From a candidate division WOR-3 bacterium (lineage in GTDB: Bacteria > Hydrothermota > Tepidihabitantia > Tepidihabitantales > Tepidihabitantaceae): a stretch of DNA of 64,000 bases. The position numbers were made by a program, and so were the translations under genes. Shown piece by piece: positions 19,443 through 28,939 of the stretch; the stretch's first letter is position 1; each line of letters starts with the position of its first letter. Location of the stretch: contig JBBISL010000001.1 of the NCBI GenBank assembly GCA_037441285.1, forward strand, positions 78,663 through 142,662, read 5' to 3'. The notes below the pieces were generated by a model. The model saw nothing but the letters and a program-made list of their open reading frames with translations. It was not told the DNA's origin and did not search any database.

Positions 19443-20540
19443 ATGAAAGTCGCATTTCCCTATATGGGAGATATCCATCTGGTGTTGGAACCGATTTTAC
19501 GTACCCTCGGCGCTGATGTAGTTGTTCCGCCCGAACCAAATAAAAATACCGTAGCAATCGGCACCCAGCTTGCTCCTGAAACCATCTGTCTTCCCTTTAA
19601 AATTACATTGGGTAATATGCTAAACGCACTAAAATCAGGCGCTGACACTTTAGTGTATGTAAGCGGTTCGTGGTCCTGCCGATTTGGTTACTACGGCCGG
19701 CTGCAGGCTGACATTTTACACGACTTAGGGTATCGGTTCCGGTTAATTGAACTGCGTCGTGACCGTATCCAAGAAATTGTCAGGACGGTGGTCGAATTAA
19801 ACAATGGTAGTTTATCTCGGGCAGTTACCAGAACCTTTAAGGCGTTTCGATTGGGATGGTGGAAAGCGATGACATTGGAGAAAACTTACAAAGCGCTCCG
19901 AGAAACGCTTCCGTTAGTAAAACAACCTGAAAGGTGCCACCGACTTTTCGACGAAATTATGAATGAAATTACCCGAGCCCAAGCGGTAAAAGAGTTACAG
20001 GATATCTCAGCATCAATTGCCCACCGTTTTGGAAACCTACCGCGAAACGGCCGGACCAGTGTTCTCAAAATCAAACTAATCGGCGAAAGTTACTGCACGA
20101 TAGAACCGTTTGCTAATTTTAATATTATAAAACGCGTAGGGGAGATGGGAGGCATTCTCGAGCCGTTTCTTACTGCTCCGCGCTGGCTCGGGTTTCACGG
20201 CTTCCGGATTGGCAAAAATGAAATAACCTTCGTCCAGAATACGGCAAAAAATTATTGGCGCTATTGTGTGGGCGGAGAAGATGCCAACTCGGTGGGGCAT
20301 ATGATTCTTGCCCCTCGCGAAGGTTACGATGGTGTAATTCATATCCATCCTTTTGCGTGTATGCCCAGCACCGTAGTACAGCCGACCCTTATGAAAATCA
20401 GCCAGGAGTACAACATTCCCTTTCTCTCCCTTTCTGTAGATGAGCATACCAGCGAGGCTGGTTTTATCACTCGTCTCGAAGCATTTATTTCTCTTTTGGA
20501 ACGAAGAAGGGCATTGGCCAAGAAATCTTTGACAGATTAA
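19443..20540 (+). CDS. 2-hydroxyacyl-CoA dehydratase / CoA-activase-associated protein
   Basis: FPYMG, PETICLPFKITLGN, CRFGYYG, PFACMP, DEHTSEAGFITRLEAF. Confidence 0.82.
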   Translation: MKVAFPYMGDIHLVLEPILRTLGADVVVPPEPNKNTVAIGTQLAPETICLPFKITLGNMLNALKSGADTLVYVSGSWSCRFGYYGRLQADILHDLGYRFRLIELRRDRIQEIVRTVVELNNGSLSRAVTRTFKAFRLGWWKAMTLEKTYKALRETLPLVKQPERCHRLFDEIMNEITRAQAVKELQDISASIAHRFGNLPRNGRTSVLKIKLIGESYCTIEPFANFNIIKRVGEMGGILEPFLTAPRWLGFHGFRIGKNEITFVQNTAKNYWRYCVGGEDANSVGHMILAPREGYDGVIHIHPFACMPSTVVQPTLMKISQEYNIPFLSLSVDEHTSEAGFITRLEAFISLLERRRALAKKSLTD

Positions 20541-20556
20541 AGAGTTCCTCTATAAT
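20529..20556 (+). promoter_or_regulatory. sigma70-type promoter
   Basis: exact TTGACA-N16-TATAAT, followed by a short leader with GAAGGT SD. Confidence 0.75.
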
Positions 20557-20576
20557 TTAAAGAAAAGAAGGTAAAA

Positions 20577-21533
20577 ATGAAATTTGTGTATTCAGAACGG
20601 TATCGATTTGATGTTGGAGTTCATGTATTTCCCACTGAAAAGTACAAAATGGTCCGCGAAGGGTTATTAGCAGAAGGCCTTGCCCGCGTTGAAGATTTTG
20701 TTGAACCACCAGAGCCTTCTGTTGATGACATTCGTCTCGTGCATACCAAGGAGTACGTTGATGACCTACTGAACCTCCGCTGGACCGCACGCACGGTGCG
20801 TTCGGAATTACCTCTTACCTGGGAAATTGTCCAGGGGTTTTTCCTTCATGCATCAGGGACAATTCTTGCCTGTCAACTCGCATTAAATGATGGCGTAGCA
20901 ATGAATATCGGCGGCGGCTTTCATCATGCATTCGCGGAACATGGAGAAGGTTTTTGCTACATTAACGATATTGCGGTAGCGATTAAAAAACTTCAAAAAG
21001 ACGGTAAGCTGGAAAGGGCCGCGGTAATTGATTGTGACTTACATCAAGGAAATGGAACCGCCCGGATTTTTCAAAATGATCCCCGGGTCTACACTTTTTC
21101 TATTCACCAGGAGCATCTTTACCCAATCAAAGAACGTTCGGACTGGGATATTGGACTCGAAGACGAAACCGGAGACGAAGAGTATAATCGTTTAATGAAG
21201 GAAGCGGTTCCCAAAATTATCTCAGAACATCGCCCTCAACTGGTTGTCTACGTGGCAGGAGCCGACCCTTATTTCAACGACCAGTTAGGAACCTTAAAAT
21301 TGACAAAACGCGGCCTTGCCTTAAGAGACCGAATTGTTCTGGAACACTGCCATAAGGCTGGTATACCGGTTGCAACAGTTCTTGCCGGGGGATATGCCCT
21401 TGATACCAAAGACACTGCCGAAATCCATATTAACACGGCGAAAGAATGCCTTAGAGTGCTCGGCCAGCTGCCATCTAAATTAACAGAAGAAAGCCGCTCT
21501 AATCCCAACGAATCAGAAACCGCCAGCGCTTGA
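20577..21533 (+). CDS. Zn-dependent histone deacetylase-family protein
   Basis: GGGFHHA, GFCYIND, IDCDLHQGNG, AGAD, GGY. Confidence 0.93.
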   Translation: MKFVYSERYRFDVGVHVFPTEKYKMVREGLLAEGLARVEDFVEPPEPSVDDIRLVHTKEYVDDLLNLRWTARTVRSELPLTWEIVQGFFLHASGTILACQLALNDGVAMNIGGGFHHAFAEHGEGFCYINDIAVAIKKLQKDGKLERAAVIDCDLHQGNGTARIFQNDPRVYTFSIHQEHLYPIKERSDWDIGLEDETGDEEYNRLMKEAVPKIISEHRPQLVVYVAGADPYFNDQLGTLKLTKRGLALRDRIVLEHCHKAGIPVATVLAGGYALDTKDTAEIHINTAKECLRVLGQLPSKLTEESRSNPNESETASA

Positions 21534-22720
21534 ATCGTTATTCTGGCTCTGGGGAAAGCAATCGCCCGCGGTCAAGACATATTTGTATGATAACCTCGTC
21601 GCATCCGGTTGAATATAGTAGATTCTGGGACCGAGAAGCTCATTCGCTCCATCGGAATGGTTATCAGGTTACACTAATTGGATTGGGAAAAGAATTCAAG
21701 GTGGAATATCCTGACGGTATCAAAACTGTTTCAGTTCCGGCACGACAGCACTGGGACAAAATTGCTCTTCTCAAAGATATCGCCCGGCTGGCTTTACAAG
21801 AAAGTGCCGATGTCTATCAATGCCTCGACCCCTGGTGTCTGGCTATTGGTCTCTGGTTAAAACGGTTTTTCCCCCACATTCATCTTGTATATGAATCAAG
21901 CGAATGGTTTCCCCAAACATATCTTGATCGGCAAGACCTTCCATTCCCCTTGCGCTGGCTGAGCTGGTTATTGGTCAGTTATCTGGAATACACCGCAAGT
22001 TCCCGGGCCGAGGCGATTATTGAAACTAATTATACAAGAGCACACCGTTTTGTGCGACGCGGTCGAGTTCCGATTCAGGTTCCCAATTATCCTCCGCTCG
22101 AACGCATCGGAACCCCCTTAGAAAAACGGAACCCCTGGTTTGTTTATACCGGGCTCGTATGTCGCCCCCGTGGTTTTGACCGGCTTCTTAAGGCGCTGGC
22201 ACTGGTTATTAAACAAGGCTTTCATGAAGTAAAATTGATCGTCAGGGGTGAATTTGACCAGCGCGATGATATTGAAATATGGACAAAGGAGTACATAAAT
22301 CGTCAGGCACTAACTGATAATGTGGTTTTTCTCCCAGCAATCCCGTCTTATGCAGGGGTATTTGATATTATAAAACCCTGTCTCGCAGGGCTAATTTTAT
22401 TTCAACCGAAGCGGGGAAATGACTGGACCAATCAACCCAACAAGCTTTTCGAGTTCATGGGCTGTGGCTTATCGGTTATCGCCAGTAATTTTCCGGAAAT
22501 TGCCCGAGTAGTAAACGAATCAAAATGTGGATGGCTTGTCGACCCCACTCAACCCGAAGCGATTGCCGAAGCAATGGTTGCTGTTCTTGAAAAACCGGCA
22601 GACAGTATCGAGCGAGGTCTGGCGGGTCGAAAAGCGGTAGAGGAAAAATACAACTGGGGCGTTGCGGAAAAATCATTGTTGGATATGTACCATGCTATTT
22701 TCTCAAAAACCGGGGGTTAA
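21530..22720 (+). CDS. glycosyltransferase family 4
   Basis: ICMITS.H, YTG...RG, PNKLFEFMGCG.SVIASNFP; start uncertain. Confidence 0.88.
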   Translation: MNRYSGSGESNRPRSRHICMITSSHPVEYSRFWDREAHSLHRNGYQVTLIGLGKEFKVEYPDGIKTVSVPARQHWDKIALLKDIARLALQESADVYQCLDPWCLAIGLWLKRFFPHIHLVYESSEWFPQTYLDRQDLPFPLRWLSWLLVSYLEYTASSRAEAIIETNYTRAHRFVRRGRVPIQVPNYPPLERIGTPLEKRNPWFVYTGLVCRPRGFDRLLKALALVIKQGFHEVKLIVRGEFDQRDDIEIWTKEYINRQALTDNVVFLPAIPSYAGVFDIIKPCLAGLILFQPKRGNDWTNQPNKLFEFMGCGLSVIASNFPEIARVVNESKCGWLVDPTQPEAIAEAMVAVLEKPADSIERGLAGRKAVEEKYNWGVAEKSLLDMYHAIFSKTGG

Positions 22721-22723
22721 AAA

Positions 22724-24232
22724 TTGGTATTATTGAAAAAGCCGGACAATCATCTTGAAGATTTACTGAAACGAGAAGGAATACTGTATCAGTTAAACAA
22801 CCGAACCGGTAAATATCTATTTATCACCCAGACTGCAAACCAATTAATAATATCTAATTTCCCGGACGTTCCCACCGAAATCAAATCTTGCTTAAGAAAA
22901 ATAAAATACATTGCCCCTGATAAATCAGGACTTCTTGATAAAGTAGGAATCGTTGATATAAACGCTCACTGCCTGATTCCGGAGTTAGCAAATATTGGTA
23001 TCAGTGACCGAGGGTCCAATGTGCTTTATTTAACCGAAGTTTTAGGTCAAGGAAAATGGCTTGTGATACCATTTTCTTTAAATGAATTGTTAAAACATCG
23101 AGGAATAACGCCTAAAAAATTTTGGGCTCGAGCCTCCCGTCTTCCTTATGAGGATGTTGCCTTTACTGATAGAGGAGGAGTCCGCAGGTTATTTCTCGCC
23201 TGTCTCAAGCATCTCTGGGAGTTAAACAATCTCCCTTTTGTGAAAATTTCATGTAACCCGGGCATGTTTCTCTCGACATTTGCCTTCCGCGTGGATACAG
23301 ATTACAGTTCCCCGACTTTAATCGAAAAGTCTTTGAGGTTATCAGAAAAAGTTGGGATGCGCTGGACCTGGTTTGTTACTACGGGCGATAAACCCGCTCA
23401 ACTTAAAGCAATAATAAACATTCTCAAAGGACAGGATATTCAACTACACTGCCATCGCCATCAGGTTTATGCCGATGTTGCGCAAAATAAGGCAAATTAC
23501 GCTGAAGGCAAAGAAATACTGAGTCGATTGGGAATATCACCCCTTGGCGTTGCTGCACCCTTTGGCGAATGGAACGAAAACCTGCAACAAGCATTTGCCG
23601 AACTTGGTTTTAAATACTCCTCAGAGTTTGGCTATTCATATGACGACCTGCCCGAGCGACCATTAGTGAATGGACAGCGCAGTGCGGTACTGCAAATTCC
23701 CATACATCCAATTTCATTAGGAAGGCTTGCCGAAGCGAAAATGGAGCGAAAAAAAATATTTGACTATTATGCCCGAATAATAGATTTGCAATGTTCCCGT
23801 TTAGAGCCCTGCTTTCTTTATGACCATCCAAAGTGGATCGTATACTATGAAGATGTCCTTAAAGACATCTTACAATACGGATTAGAACGATGTGGCAACT
23901 GGGTCACACTAACCGACTACTGCCACTGGTGGCAACTTCGCGAATCGGTTAATTATCAGTTGCAGTTCAAAGACGGCGGATTTGACTTAACAGTCGAACA
24001 AGCCATTCCGGAAATTAGTTTAGTCATAGAACATAGTAATCAAATTGCTTTCGTGCCAATTAAAAACCAGCCAACATGCTGGAACGAACTAAAGTGGATT
24101 GAAACTCCTCGAGTTAAGAAGTTTAACTCATATGAGTTATACACTCGGCGGGCAGATTTAATGATGCAAATAAAGAGGAGATTGCAAAACTACCGCAGAA
24201 GGATAAAAAACAGCGCACATCCAATATCATGA
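22724..24232 (+). CDS. polysaccharide deacetylase-like (NodB/CE4 fold) protein
   Basis: FRVDTD, TWFV, QLHCHRH, APFG.WN, YSS, YDHP. Confidence 0.7.
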   Translation: MVLLKKPDNHLEDLLKREGILYQLNNRTGKYLFITQTANQLIISNFPDVPTEIKSCLRKIKYIAPDKSGLLDKVGIVDINAHCLIPELANIGISDRGSNVLYLTEVLGQGKWLVIPFSLNELLKHRGITPKKFWARASRLPYEDVAFTDRGGVRRLFLACLKHLWELNNLPFVKISCNPGMFLSTFAFRVDTDYSSPTLIEKSLRLSEKVGMRWTWFVTTGDKPAQLKAIINILKGQDIQLHCHRHQVYADVAQNKANYAEGKEILSRLGISPLGVAAPFGEWNENLQQAFAELGFKYSSEFGYSYDDLPERPLVNGQRSAVLQIPIHPISLGRLAEAKMERKKIFDYYARIIDLQCSRLEPCFLYDHPKWIVYYEDVLKDILQYGLERCGNWVTLTDYCHWWQLRESVNYQLQFKDGGFDLTVEQAIPEISLVIEHSNQIAFVPIKNQPTCWNELKWIETPRVKKFNSYELYTRRADLMMQIKRRLQNYRRRIKNSAHPIS

Positions 24233-25257
24233 AGATTTTACTTGGCTCTTTCTCGGCAATTACAACCCTTGGTGGAGGAGTTGAAACACAGGTGCGTTCT
24301 TTGGCTAACGCCCTGATTCAAAAGGGAACAGAGGTTGAATTGTTTGACCCCTGGAAAAGATACAATCTAAAAGAGTACGCCTTTTTTCATCTTTTCGGGG
24401 CCAATCTCGGAACTTACCATTTAGGGCGGTCAATAAAAAACACCGGGATGAAGCTCGTTGTAACACCCATATTTTACAGCCGAAGTAGGCCTAAAAAATT
24501 GAGATTTAATCTAATGCTCGGTACCGGCTTACGCAAATATGGTGGTTTCTGGTCAGAACACATTTTCTGCAAAGAGCTGTGCGAAATGGCGGACCTGGTA
24601 ATCGTCAATACAAAAGCAGAATTAAATTTGATTGAAAAAGGTTTAGGTGTACCAAGGGAAAAAATGCAAATAGTACCCAACGGGGCTGATCAAAGATTTG
24701 CCAATGCATCGCCCGAACTTTTTATAAAGGAACATAAAATCCAAAACTTCGTGCTTTATGTAGGGCATATTGGATGGGGGAGAAAGAATGTATTACCATT
24801 GCTTAAAGTTTTACGCAAAACAGGATTAAAAGCGGTTCTGATTGGACCGGTATTAAACAACGCATATGGGCTTCAATGCCTTAAAATCGTTTCCAACACG
24901 CCAACAATAAAACTTATTAGGGGTTTGGCCAACGATTCCCCAATACTGGAATCGGCTTATGCGGCATGTGACACATTCGTTCTGCCATCTTTATACGAAA
25001 CACCGGGTTTAGCAGCACTGGAAGCCGCTTTAGCCGGCGCAAAGATATGCATAACTAAGTACGGTGGTACCACAGAGTATTTTGGCGAATACGCAACCTA
25101 CCTTGAACCCAAAAAAGAAAAATCCATCGAAGAAGCCCTGCTTACAACTGTTAACAAACCAAAAACCACCGCGCTCCAAAAACATATAAAAGAAAATTTC
25201 ACCTGGGACAAATGCGCAGCAAAACTTTTAGATGTTTATACCCAGCACTTTAAGTAA
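24229..25257 (+). CDS. glycosyltransferase family 4
   Basis: GGGVE, VPNG, RKN, LPSLYETPGLAALEA (EX7E), FTW. Confidence 0.9.
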   Translation: MKILLGSFSAITTLGGGVETQVRSLANALIQKGTEVELFDPWKRYNLKEYAFFHLFGANLGTYHLGRSIKNTGMKLVVTPIFYSRSRPKKLRFNLMLGTGLRKYGGFWSEHIFCKELCEMADLVIVNTKAELNLIEKGLGVPREKMQIVPNGADQRFANASPELFIKEHKIQNFVLYVGHIGWGRKNVLPLLKVLRKTGLKAVLIGPVLNNAYGLQCLKIVSNTPTIKLIRGLANDSPILESAYAACDTFVLPSLYETPGLAALEAALAGAKICITKYGGTTEYFGEYATYLEPKKEKSIEEALLTTVNKPKTTALQKHIKENFTWDKCAAKLLDVYTQHFK

Positions 25258-25322
25258 GAGAGGAGACCAGAATTCCCAACACCGTAGAATCGAATTCCCT
25301 TAGTTTTTCTCAAAGAAAATTT

Positions 25323-25350
25323 AGTTTACATAATAAATATTATCAGAAGA
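25323..25350 (-). other. chromosomal dif site (XerC/XerD recombination site)
   Basis: minus strand TCTTCTGATAA-TATTTA-TTATGTAAACT: 11-6-11 layout, inner ATAA/TTAT symmetry, canonical XerD arm; intergenic between convergent genes. Confidence 0.85.
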
Positions 25351-25387
25351 GGTGTAAATTGTAAATAATCCCGCTGGCTTGCTTTCT

Positions 25388-25747
25388 CTAAAATTTGAAC
25401 CAGTTAGCCGCGAGGTTGCCAAGTATCGGCATTTTCCAGTACTTGCCGCTTGCTGCATTGATTATGCCCATTATTATCATTACGACAATGTACACGTAGA
25501 CGACGAATGTCACAATCCATCCGATGAACGGAATCCAGCCAATAATCCAAATTGCAATGCTTAATATGGTAAGAATAATGCCCTGCTTTACATGGAACTT
25601 GCAAAATGCGTTGTCTTTCATCGCCAGCAGCGGTACTAACCACAGTAGCCATAAGTAAGACAACCAGGCTAATCCTTTGCCTTTTTCAATATCGTCATCC
25701 GGGGTGCTTGCGGGCATCTGTTCTACCTTTTTTTCTTCCTCTGCCAT
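25388..25747 (-). CDS. DUF4870-type small membrane protein
   Basis: LAWLSY, FCKFHVKQG, IPFIGW, A.GKYWKMPILG; SD AGGAGG. Confidence 0.85.
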   Translation of the reverse strand: MAEEEKKVEQMPASTPDDDIEKGKGLAWLSYLWLLWLVPLLAMKDNAFCKFHVKQGIILTILSIAIWIIGWIPFIGWIVTFVVYVYIVVMIIMGIINAASGKYWKMPILGNLAANWFKF

Positions 25748-25766
25748 TTTTCCTCCTTTGCGTTAT

Positions 25767-26180
25767 TTACTTTTCTCCGCGCAACCGGTCTATGTAACCA
25801 CTTAGGATTGGAATACGCCAGTAACGACCGGCTGCTGCCTGCACCATACCAGCAATAGATAATATTATATACAGCAAAGAAATTACCGTGCCTACCAAAT
25901 AATGAAATGTCCAGGCCGCGGCTTTAAAAATGAAACCGATAAATATAACATTCCCAAGAACTTTCCCGAGAATTAAATCAAGAATGTAAACACATAGCCA
26001 GAAAATGGTTAATGTGCATATCAGTATTACACTCTGAATACCGTGAAAACGGCAAAAATTATCCCGGGGTCGCACTAAGAGTGGCAAGAAGAACAGCATC
26101 GGAATGTAACCTAACGCGGCAAGTAGTTTTCCTTCCTGGGAAACGGCTTGATATTGTTCTGGCGTGTCTCGCATTTCCAT
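25767..26180 (-). CDS. DUF4870-type small membrane protein
   Basis: LAALGY, FCRFHGIQS, A.GRYWRIPIL. Confidence 0.85.
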   Translation of the reverse strand: MEMRDTPEQYQAVSQEGKLLAALGYIPMLFFLPLLVRPRDNFCRFHGIQSVILICTLTIFWLCVYILDLILGKVLGNVIFIGFIFKAAAWTFHYLVGTVISLLYIILSIAGMVQAAAGRYWRIPILSGYIDRLRGEK

Positions 26181-26188
26181 TTGAATTG

Positions 26189-26216
26189 ATTATACCAAAT
26201 TGAATCAAGCTGTCAA
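26189..26216 (-). promoter_or_regulatory. sigma70-type promoter
   Basis: exact TTGACA-N16-TATAAT, 8 nt before ATG 26180. Confidence 0.75.
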
Positions 26217-26301
26217 AATTCAATTATTAAACAGTTTTTCCCCTTTATCGCCTGCCTGCCCTATGAACTAACTTGCTTAATTTTCAAATAAGTTCAACTG
26301 C

Positions 26302-26329
26302 TTGACTTGTACCGAGAACTTTTTAACAT
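26302..26329 (+). promoter_or_regulatory. promoter of the thi4 operon
   Basis: TTGACT-N16-TAACAT, 5 nt before ATG 26335. Confidence 0.6.
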
Positions 26330-26334
26330 TTCCT

Positions 26335-27126
26335 ATGATTAAAGATGTTGAAATTTCAAGGGCAATCATCGAACGCTGGACCGAAAAGTTTATAAATAGT
26401 CTTGAAAATGATGTAGTAATTGTTGGGGCAGGACCATCTGGTTTAACTGCTGCCTGGAAACTTGCCGAAAAGGGGTTAAAGGTAACTGTTTTTGAACGAG
26501 CACTCAAACCGGGCGGCGGCTTACCAGGTGGTGGAATGATGTTCTCTGACATCGTCGTACAAAAAGAAGCAACTGAAATCCTGCAACAATTGGGCGTGAG
26601 TTTTATTGAACAACGGCCGGGCTATTTTGTGGTTGATGCGAACGAAACCCTTGGTGCATTGCTCGTTAAAGTTTACCGCTCCGGAGTAAAATTGTTTAAT
26701 CTTATTAGCGCTGAAGATATCGTGCTGATTGGCGACCGCGTTCAGGGGCTGGTGTTAAATTGGACTGCGGTAGAAATGGCAAAACTACATGTCGACCCGC
26801 TTACGATATATTCTAAGGTTGTCGTTGATGCTACGGGCCACGCCGCCGAGGTTGTAAATCATCTTATCCGCAAGGCAAAAGTCCGGCTGGCAACCCCTTC
26901 CGGGACAATAGAAGGAGAGCGGCCCATGTGGGCCGACGAAGCGGAAAGATTAACTCTTATCAACACACAAGAGATTTTCCCGGGCCTCTGGGTAACAGGA
27001 ATGGCGGCAAACGCTGTATTTGGCGGACCGCGCATGGGTCCAATCTTCGGTGGAATGTTCCTTTCCGGTGTCAAAGTTGCCGAAGACATCGCGCATTTCT
27101 TAAAGAGCAATGCAACAATACCGTAA
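26335..27126 (+). CDS. thi4: sulfide-dependent thiazole synthase (Thi4 family)
   Basis: VGAGPSGL, GGG..GGGM, HVDP, DATGH, PRMGPIFGGM.LSG; start placed at ATG 26335. Confidence 0.93.
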   Translation: MIKDVEISRAIIERWTEKFINSLENDVVIVGAGPSGLTAAWKLAEKGLKVTVFERALKPGGGLPGGGMMFSDIVVQKEATEILQQLGVSFIEQRPGYFVVDANETLGALLVKVYRSGVKLFNLISAEDIVLIGDRVQGLVLNWTAVEMAKLHVDPLTIYSKVVVDATGHAAEVVNHLIRKAKVRLATPSGTIEGERPMWADEAERLTLINTQEIFPGLWVTGMAANAVFGGPRMGPIFGGMFLSGVKVAEDIAHFLKSNATIP

Positions 27127-27592
27127 ATTACTTCTTTTTCTTTTGCAACTGTTCATTGCTTGCGGTTATTCGACCCGCTCTCTTCTCCCCTCTCATTTGA
27201 AAACCGTTGCCCTTGGTTCAATTGAAAACTCTTCAACCCAACCGGGCTTAGCCGAAGAACTGACTTTCGCCCTTCCCAAAGCATTTAATCTTGACCGTTC
27301 GCTCCGCGTTACCAGTGTTGAACAAGCCCACTTACTTTTGACGGCAGTTATTACTAACTACTCCAGAACTGCGGCGGCGTATAACTCCAACCAGGAAGTG
27401 TCCACCTATGAAATAAGTATCACCGCCAATGTTGAAGTTATTGACCAAATTAGAAACGAGCCCTTTTTTAACGGAAGTATATCAAGCCGTGTTTCCTATA
27501 ATCCAGAAAGTAGTTCGGAAGAGGAGGTGGCTAAAAAAGCAATTGAAAAGCTTGCCCAAGAGATTGTACGGCAAGTGATTACCGCATGGTAA
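27110..27592 (+). CDS. lptE: LPS assembly lipoprotein LptE
   Basis: lipobox FIA-CGYS, LP.HLKTV, C-terminal LA..IV...I.AW. Confidence 0.8.
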   Translation: MQQYRKLLLFLLQLFIACGYSTRSLLPSHLKTVALGSIENSSTQPGLAEELTFALPKAFNLDRSLRVTSVEQAHLLLTAVITNYSRTAAAYNSNQEVSTYEISITANVEVIDQIRNEPFFNGSISSRVSYNPESSSEEEVAKKAIEKLAQEIVRQVITAW

Positions 27593-28935
27593 AGCATTCA
27601 TCCTCCCCACCTTCAACCGGTGATAGAGTTGAAATGTTTGTTGACCGTATTGTTGCCGGTGGCACCGGCCTTGCTGACTTAAATGGATGGAAGGTGTTTA
27701 TTCCGTATGCCGCACCCCAGGAAAGAGTTGTGGCACAGATCGTCATAAGAAAAAGGGATTACGGCATTGCCCGGATAAAAGAAATATTAGAACCATCCCC
27801 CTTTCGCGTTTCCGCCCCCTGTCCGTATTACGAAAAATGCGGTGGTTGCCATTTACAACACATTATTTACGAAGAGCAACTGGTAATTAAAAAATTGCTG
27901 GTAAATGATGCCTTACAAAGGATTGGCAAAATTTTTGTTCCGGTTGCTAACATTAATTCCCCATCGACCCCATGGCGTTATCGCAACAAGACCCAATACC
28001 CTGTTTCCGGCAGCACAAAAAAAATTCGAATTGGATTCTACCAGAGGCAGAGCCATCGGGTAATCGATATCCCGGATTGTCTACTTCATCCTGAAGAGTT
28101 CAATTTGTTGCGTAAAAAAACATACGATGCCTTTGTTAAATTCGGCGAAACCCCGTATAACGAAATACAACAGTCAGGGAATATCCGACACCTGGTAATG
28201 CGCCAGGGTACAAACGGCGAAATACTCTTAATTGTGGTAACGAGGACCAAAGATATAAACCCGCAAGTTATTTCTTATCTGTCTGATTTCCCCTCTCTTT
28301 CTGGAATCGTTCAGAATATAAATCCGCTACCGACGAATAAAATTCTTGATAATGATCGTATTGTCCTCTGGGGAAAGGAATATATCACGATAAAAATTCT
28401 CGAGAAAGAGTTTCGGGTTTCTGCCAGTTCATTTTTCCAGGTTAATGCTCCTGAAGCCGAGGCACTCTGTTCGAAAGTAATTCAGGCAATTAACCCGCAG
28501 GGCGATGAGGTTGTACTCGACTTGTTCTGCGGGGTTGGGTTGATCAGTTTACTGCTGGCAGAAAGGGTTCGGAAAGTTATCGGCATCGAAATCGCACAAA
28601 ACGCAGTTGCTGATGCCCGTTTCAATACTAAGCATCTCGGTATCACCAATGCCGAGTTCATTCAGGGTGATGTCGACGCCATCTTAAAAAAAATCGAGCA
28701 TGCCGATGTAATTGTCGTTGACCCTCCGCGTAAAGGGTGTTCTGCCAGTACCATTTCGCGCATCGTTGACCTGTCTCCCCGAATATTAATTTATATCTCC
28801 TGCAACCCGGCGACGCTGGCGCGCGACCTTGCCCTTCTGGAAAATTCGGGTTATTCTTGTATATCGGTTGAACCATTAGATATGTTTCCCCAAACTGCCC
28901 ATGTCGAGGTCGTAGCAAAGGTTATCCGAAAGTAA
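27586..28935 (+). CDS. rlmD: 23S rRNA (uracil-C5)-methyltransferase RlmD
   Basis: TRAM domain, CPYYEKCGGC, YRNK, SFFQVN, DLFCGVG, DPPRKG, SCNPATLARD, DMFPQT.HVE. Confidence 0.93.
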   Translation: MVKHSSSPPSTGDRVEMFVDRIVAGGTGLADLNGWKVFIPYAAPQERVVAQIVIRKRDYGIARIKEILEPSPFRVSAPCPYYEKCGGCHLQHIIYEEQLVIKKLLVNDALQRIGKIFVPVANINSPSTPWRYRNKTQYPVSGSTKKIRIGFYQRQSHRVIDIPDCLLHPEEFNLLRKKTYDAFVKFGETPYNEIQQSGNIRHLVMRQGTNGEILLIVVTRTKDINPQVISYLSDFPSLSGIVQNINPLPTNKILDNDRIVLWGKEYITIKILEKEFRVSASSFFQVNAPEAEALCSKVIQAINPQGDEVVLDLFCGVGLISLLLAERVRKVIGIEIAQNAVADARFNTKHLGITNAEFIQGDVDAILKKIEHADVIVVDPPRKGCSASTISRIVDLSPRILIYISCNPATLARDLALLENSGYSCISVEPLDMFPQTAHVEVVAKVIRK

Positions 28936-28939
28936 CGCA

